Positions 60,667 through 64,000 of a DNA stretch of 64,000 nucleotides are shown one piece after another. Source of the stretch: Squalus acanthias (Eukaryota); the NCBI GenBank assembly GCA_030390025.1, contig CM059430.1, positions 39,804,001 through 39,868,000 of the forward strand, read 5' to 3'. The notes under the pieces were generated by a model. It saw only the letters and a program-made list of their open reading frames with translations, did no database searches and was not told the DNA's origin. Positions within the stretch are counted from its first letter, which is position 1. The number at the start of each line of letters is the position of its first letter. The translations under genes and the position numbers were made by a program.

Positions 60667-61097
60667 AAACATAGAAACATAGAATCTAGGAGCAGGAGTA
60701 GGCCATTCGGCCTGTCGAGCCTGCTCCACCATTCAATACGATCAGGGCTGATCATCCAAATCCAGTACCCTGTCCCTGCTTTAATCCCCACAGTACACAT
60801 ATCCCACCCTACCCCCGTAACCCCACGTATTTAATTTCCCCTAACATATCCCATCCTATCCCCATAACCCCACATATTTAATCCCCCCTAACACTAAGGG
60901 TCAATTTATCATAGCCAAATCAACCTAACCCGCACATTTTTGGACTGTGGGAGGAAACCGGAGCACCCGGAGGAAACCCACGCAGACACGGGGAGAATGT
61001 GCAAACTCCACACAGACAGTCACCCGAGGTCAGATTCGAACCCGGGTCCCTGGCGCTGTGAGGCACCAGTGCTAACCACTATGCCACCGTGTTGCCC
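60667..61097 (-). mobile_element. Full-length HE1-like V-SINE with CR1-derived tail
   Basis: Head GGGCAACACGGTGGCATAGTGGTTAGCAC...GGTTCGAATC; V-domain tgtgtggagtttgcacattctccccgtgtctgcgtgggtttcctccggg; tail matches the CR1 3' end at 10800-10908. Confidence 0.9.
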
Positions 61098-63671
61098 TAT
61101 ATTAACTGGACAAATCAAATTGGGCAGGGCAGCCTTGAGGAAGAGTTTATTGAGTGTATTAGGGATGGATTTCTTGAGCAGTATGTAACTGATCCTACAA
61201 GGGGGCAAGCAACCTTGGACCTGGTCCTGTGTAATGAGACAGGATTAATTAATAATGTCCTAGTTAAGGATCCCCTTGGAATGAGTGACCATAACATGGT
61301 TGAATTCCATATCCAATTAGAGGGTGAGAAGGTTGGTTCTCAAACAAGCATACTGAGCTTGAATAAAGGAGACTATGATGGTATGAGAGCGGAATTGATT
61401 AAAGTGGACTGGGAAAATAGATTAAAGGGTAAGACGGTACATGAGCAGTGGTGTTCATTTAAGGAGTTATTTTACAACTTTCAAAAAAAATATATTCCAC
61501 TGAGGAAAAAAGGGTGTAAAAGAAATGACAGCCATCCGTGGCTAAGTAAAGAAATTAAGGATAGTATCCGACTAAAAACAAGGACATATAAGGTAGCCAA
61601 ACTTAGTGGGAGGATAGAAGATTGGGAAGTCTTCAAAAGACAGCAAAAAGTAACTAAAGGATTGATTAAGAAAGGGAAGATAGATTATGAAAATAAATTA
61701 GCAAAAAATATAAAAACAGATAGCAAGAGTTTCTATAGTTATATAAAAAGAAAAAGGGTGGCTAAGGCAAACGTAGGTCCCTTAGAGGATGAGACCGGGA
61801 AATTAATGGTGGGAAACATGGAGATGGCAAAAATGCTGAACAAATAGTTTGTTTCAGTCTTTACGGTAGAGGACACTAAGAATATCCCAACACTGGACAA
61901 ACAGGGGGCTCTAGGGGGGGGGAGGAGCTAAATACGATTAAAATCACTAAGGAATTGGTACTCAGTAAAATAATGGGACTCAAGGCGGATAAATCCCCTG
62001 GACCTGATGGCTTACATCCTAGGGTCTTGAGGGAAGTGACAGTAGGGATTGTGGATGCTTTGGTAATAATTTTCCAAAATTCCCTGGACTCAGCAAAGGT
62101 CCCGGCAGATTTGAAAACTGCTAATGTAACACCCTTATTTAAAAAGGGTAGTAGGCAGAAGGCTGGAAATTATAGACCAGTCAGCCTAACATCTGTGGTG
62201 GGTAAAATTTTGGAGTCTATTATTAAGGAGACAGTAACGGAACATTTAGATAAACATAATTTAATAGGACAAAGTCAGCATGGCTTTATGAAGGGGAAGT
62301 CATGTCTGACAAATTTGCTTGAGTTCTTTGAGGACATAACGTACAGGGTGGATAAAGGGGAACCAGTGGACGTAGTGTATTTAGACTTCCAGAAGGCATT
62401 CGACAAGGTGCCACATGAAAGATTATTGCTCAAGATAAAAAATCACTGGATTGGGGGTAATATTCTGGCATGGGTGGAGGATTGGTTATCTAACAGGAAG
62501 CAGAGAGTTGGGATAAATGGTTCATTCTCGGACTGGCAACCAGTAGCCAGTGGTGTTCCGCAGGGATCGGTGCTGGGTCCCCAACTCTTTACAATCTATA
62601 TTAACGATTTGGAGGAGGGGACCGAGTGTAACATATCAAAGTTTGCAGATGATACAAAGATGGGAGGGAAAGTAGAAAGTGAGGAGGACATAAAAAACCT
62701 ACAAGGGGATATAGACAGGCTGGGTGAGTGGGCGGAGATTTGGCAGATGCAATACAATATTGGAAAATGTGAGGTTATGCACTTTGGCAGGAAAAATCAG
62801 AGAGCAAGTTATTATCTTAATGGCGAGAAACTGGAAAGTACTGCAGTACAAAGGGATCTGGGGGTCCTAGTGCAAGAAAATCAAAAAGTTAGTATGCAGG
62901 TGCAGCAGGTGATCAAGAAGGCCAATGGAATGTTGGCTTTTATTGCTAGGGGGATAGATTATAAAAACAGGGAGGTATTGCTGCAGTTATATAAGGTATT
63001 GGTGAGACCGCACCTGGAATACTGCATACAGTTTTGGTGTCCATACTTAAGAAAAGACATACTTGCTCTCGAGGCAGTACAAAGAAGGTTCACTCGGTTA
63101 ATCCCGGGGATGAGGGGGTGGACATATGAGGAGAGGTTGAGTAGATTGGGACTCTACTCATTGGAGTTCAGAAGAATGAGAGGCAATCTTATTGAAACAT
63201 ATAAGATTGTGAAAGGGCTTGATCAGGTGGATGCGGTAAGGATGTTCCCAAGTATGGGTGAAACTAGAACTAGGGGGCATAATCTTAGAATAAGGGGCTG
63301 CTCTTTCAAAACTGAGATGAGGAGAAACTTCTTCACTCAGAGGGTAGTAGGTCTGTGGAATTTGCTGCCCCAGGAAGCTGTGGAAGCTACATCATTAAAT
63401 AAATTTAAAACAGAAATAGACAGTTTCCTAGAAGTAAAGGGAATTAGGGGTTACGGGGAGCGGGCAGGAAATTGGACATGAGGCTGAGTTCGGATCGGTC
63501 AAGGCCCTGTGGGTGGCGGAGCGGGCCCAGGGGCTGAGTGGCTGGGTCCTGCTCCTACTTCTTGTGTTCTTTAGATCTGAGGTTAGGATCAGATCAGCCA
63601 TGATCTTATTGAATGGCGTAGCAGGCTCGAGGGGCCGATTGGCCTACTCCTGCTCCTAGTTCTTATGTTCT
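61098..63671 (+). mobile_element. CR1 LINE, 5'-truncated, RT intact (ORF 61955-63481)
   Basis: Close relative of 27811-30934; TAG at 61845-61847 and a G-run frameshift near 61915; duplicated 3' tail. Confidence 0.95.
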
Positions 63672-63779
63672 AACAAGTGCCAGAACGGCACCATTTCTTA
63701 AAGGGGCAAAACTACCTTGTCCTACGCATTCATGCTCAATTTTTCAAATACCATCTGTTACTAACCTATACAAATAAAA

Positions 63780-63965
63780 TGCAATAAAACAACCTGTAAA
63801 TGCTGGAATCTGAAACAAAAACAGAAAATGCTGAGTATCCACAGCAGGTCAGCCAGTAGCTGCAGCGAAAAGACAAGTCGATGATTTGGTCAGGGTGCTT
63901 TCCCTGCCGGAAATGTTGATCTGTCTTTTCTCTCCACAGATGCTGGCTGACTTCCTCTATATATC
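63780..63965. mobile_element. Degenerate inverted pair of Penelope pLTR-derived (family A) repeats
   Basis: tgctggaatctgaaacaaaaacagaaaatgctg...cagcaggtcag faces ...tctctccacagatgctggctgac; ribozyme core decayed. Confidence 0.6.
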
Positions 63966-64000
63966 CGATACGAGCTTTCTCTCCCACGCATATAAAGCAC

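Overview
Vertebrate genomic DNA, most likely a cartilaginous fish (shark), judged from HE1-like V-SINE, Deu-domain SINE, CR1/L2 and Penelope repeat types. The only host gene I can support is SNX20 (sorting nexin 20, PX domain) on the minus strand. It has three coding exons (42555-42735, 41093-41244, 21663-22334) with phase-compatible GT-AG junctions and encodes 334 aa. The rest is largely transposon-derived: CR1, L2, RTE and Zenon/jockey-like LINEs (some nested), SINEs, many PIF/Harbinger MITEs, one degraded two-gene Harbinger, a complete Gypsy LTR element with identical LTRs, and Penelope-like insertions. Three observations stand out. (1) The Gypsy element has no tRNA primer-binding site; an 11-nt sequence there is exactly complementary to its own LTR (candidate self-priming that also masks the poly(A) signal), and its RT motif is YLDN. 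(2) An ORF1-less LINE has a tRNA-derived SINE-like 5' end with Pol III A/B boxes. (3) Five minimal type I hammerhead ribozyme motifs of two families are present, including a retrozyme-like tandem pair and an inverted pair in a GIY-YIG Penelope insertion. All coordinates were read by eye and family names are from recall, not database searches.
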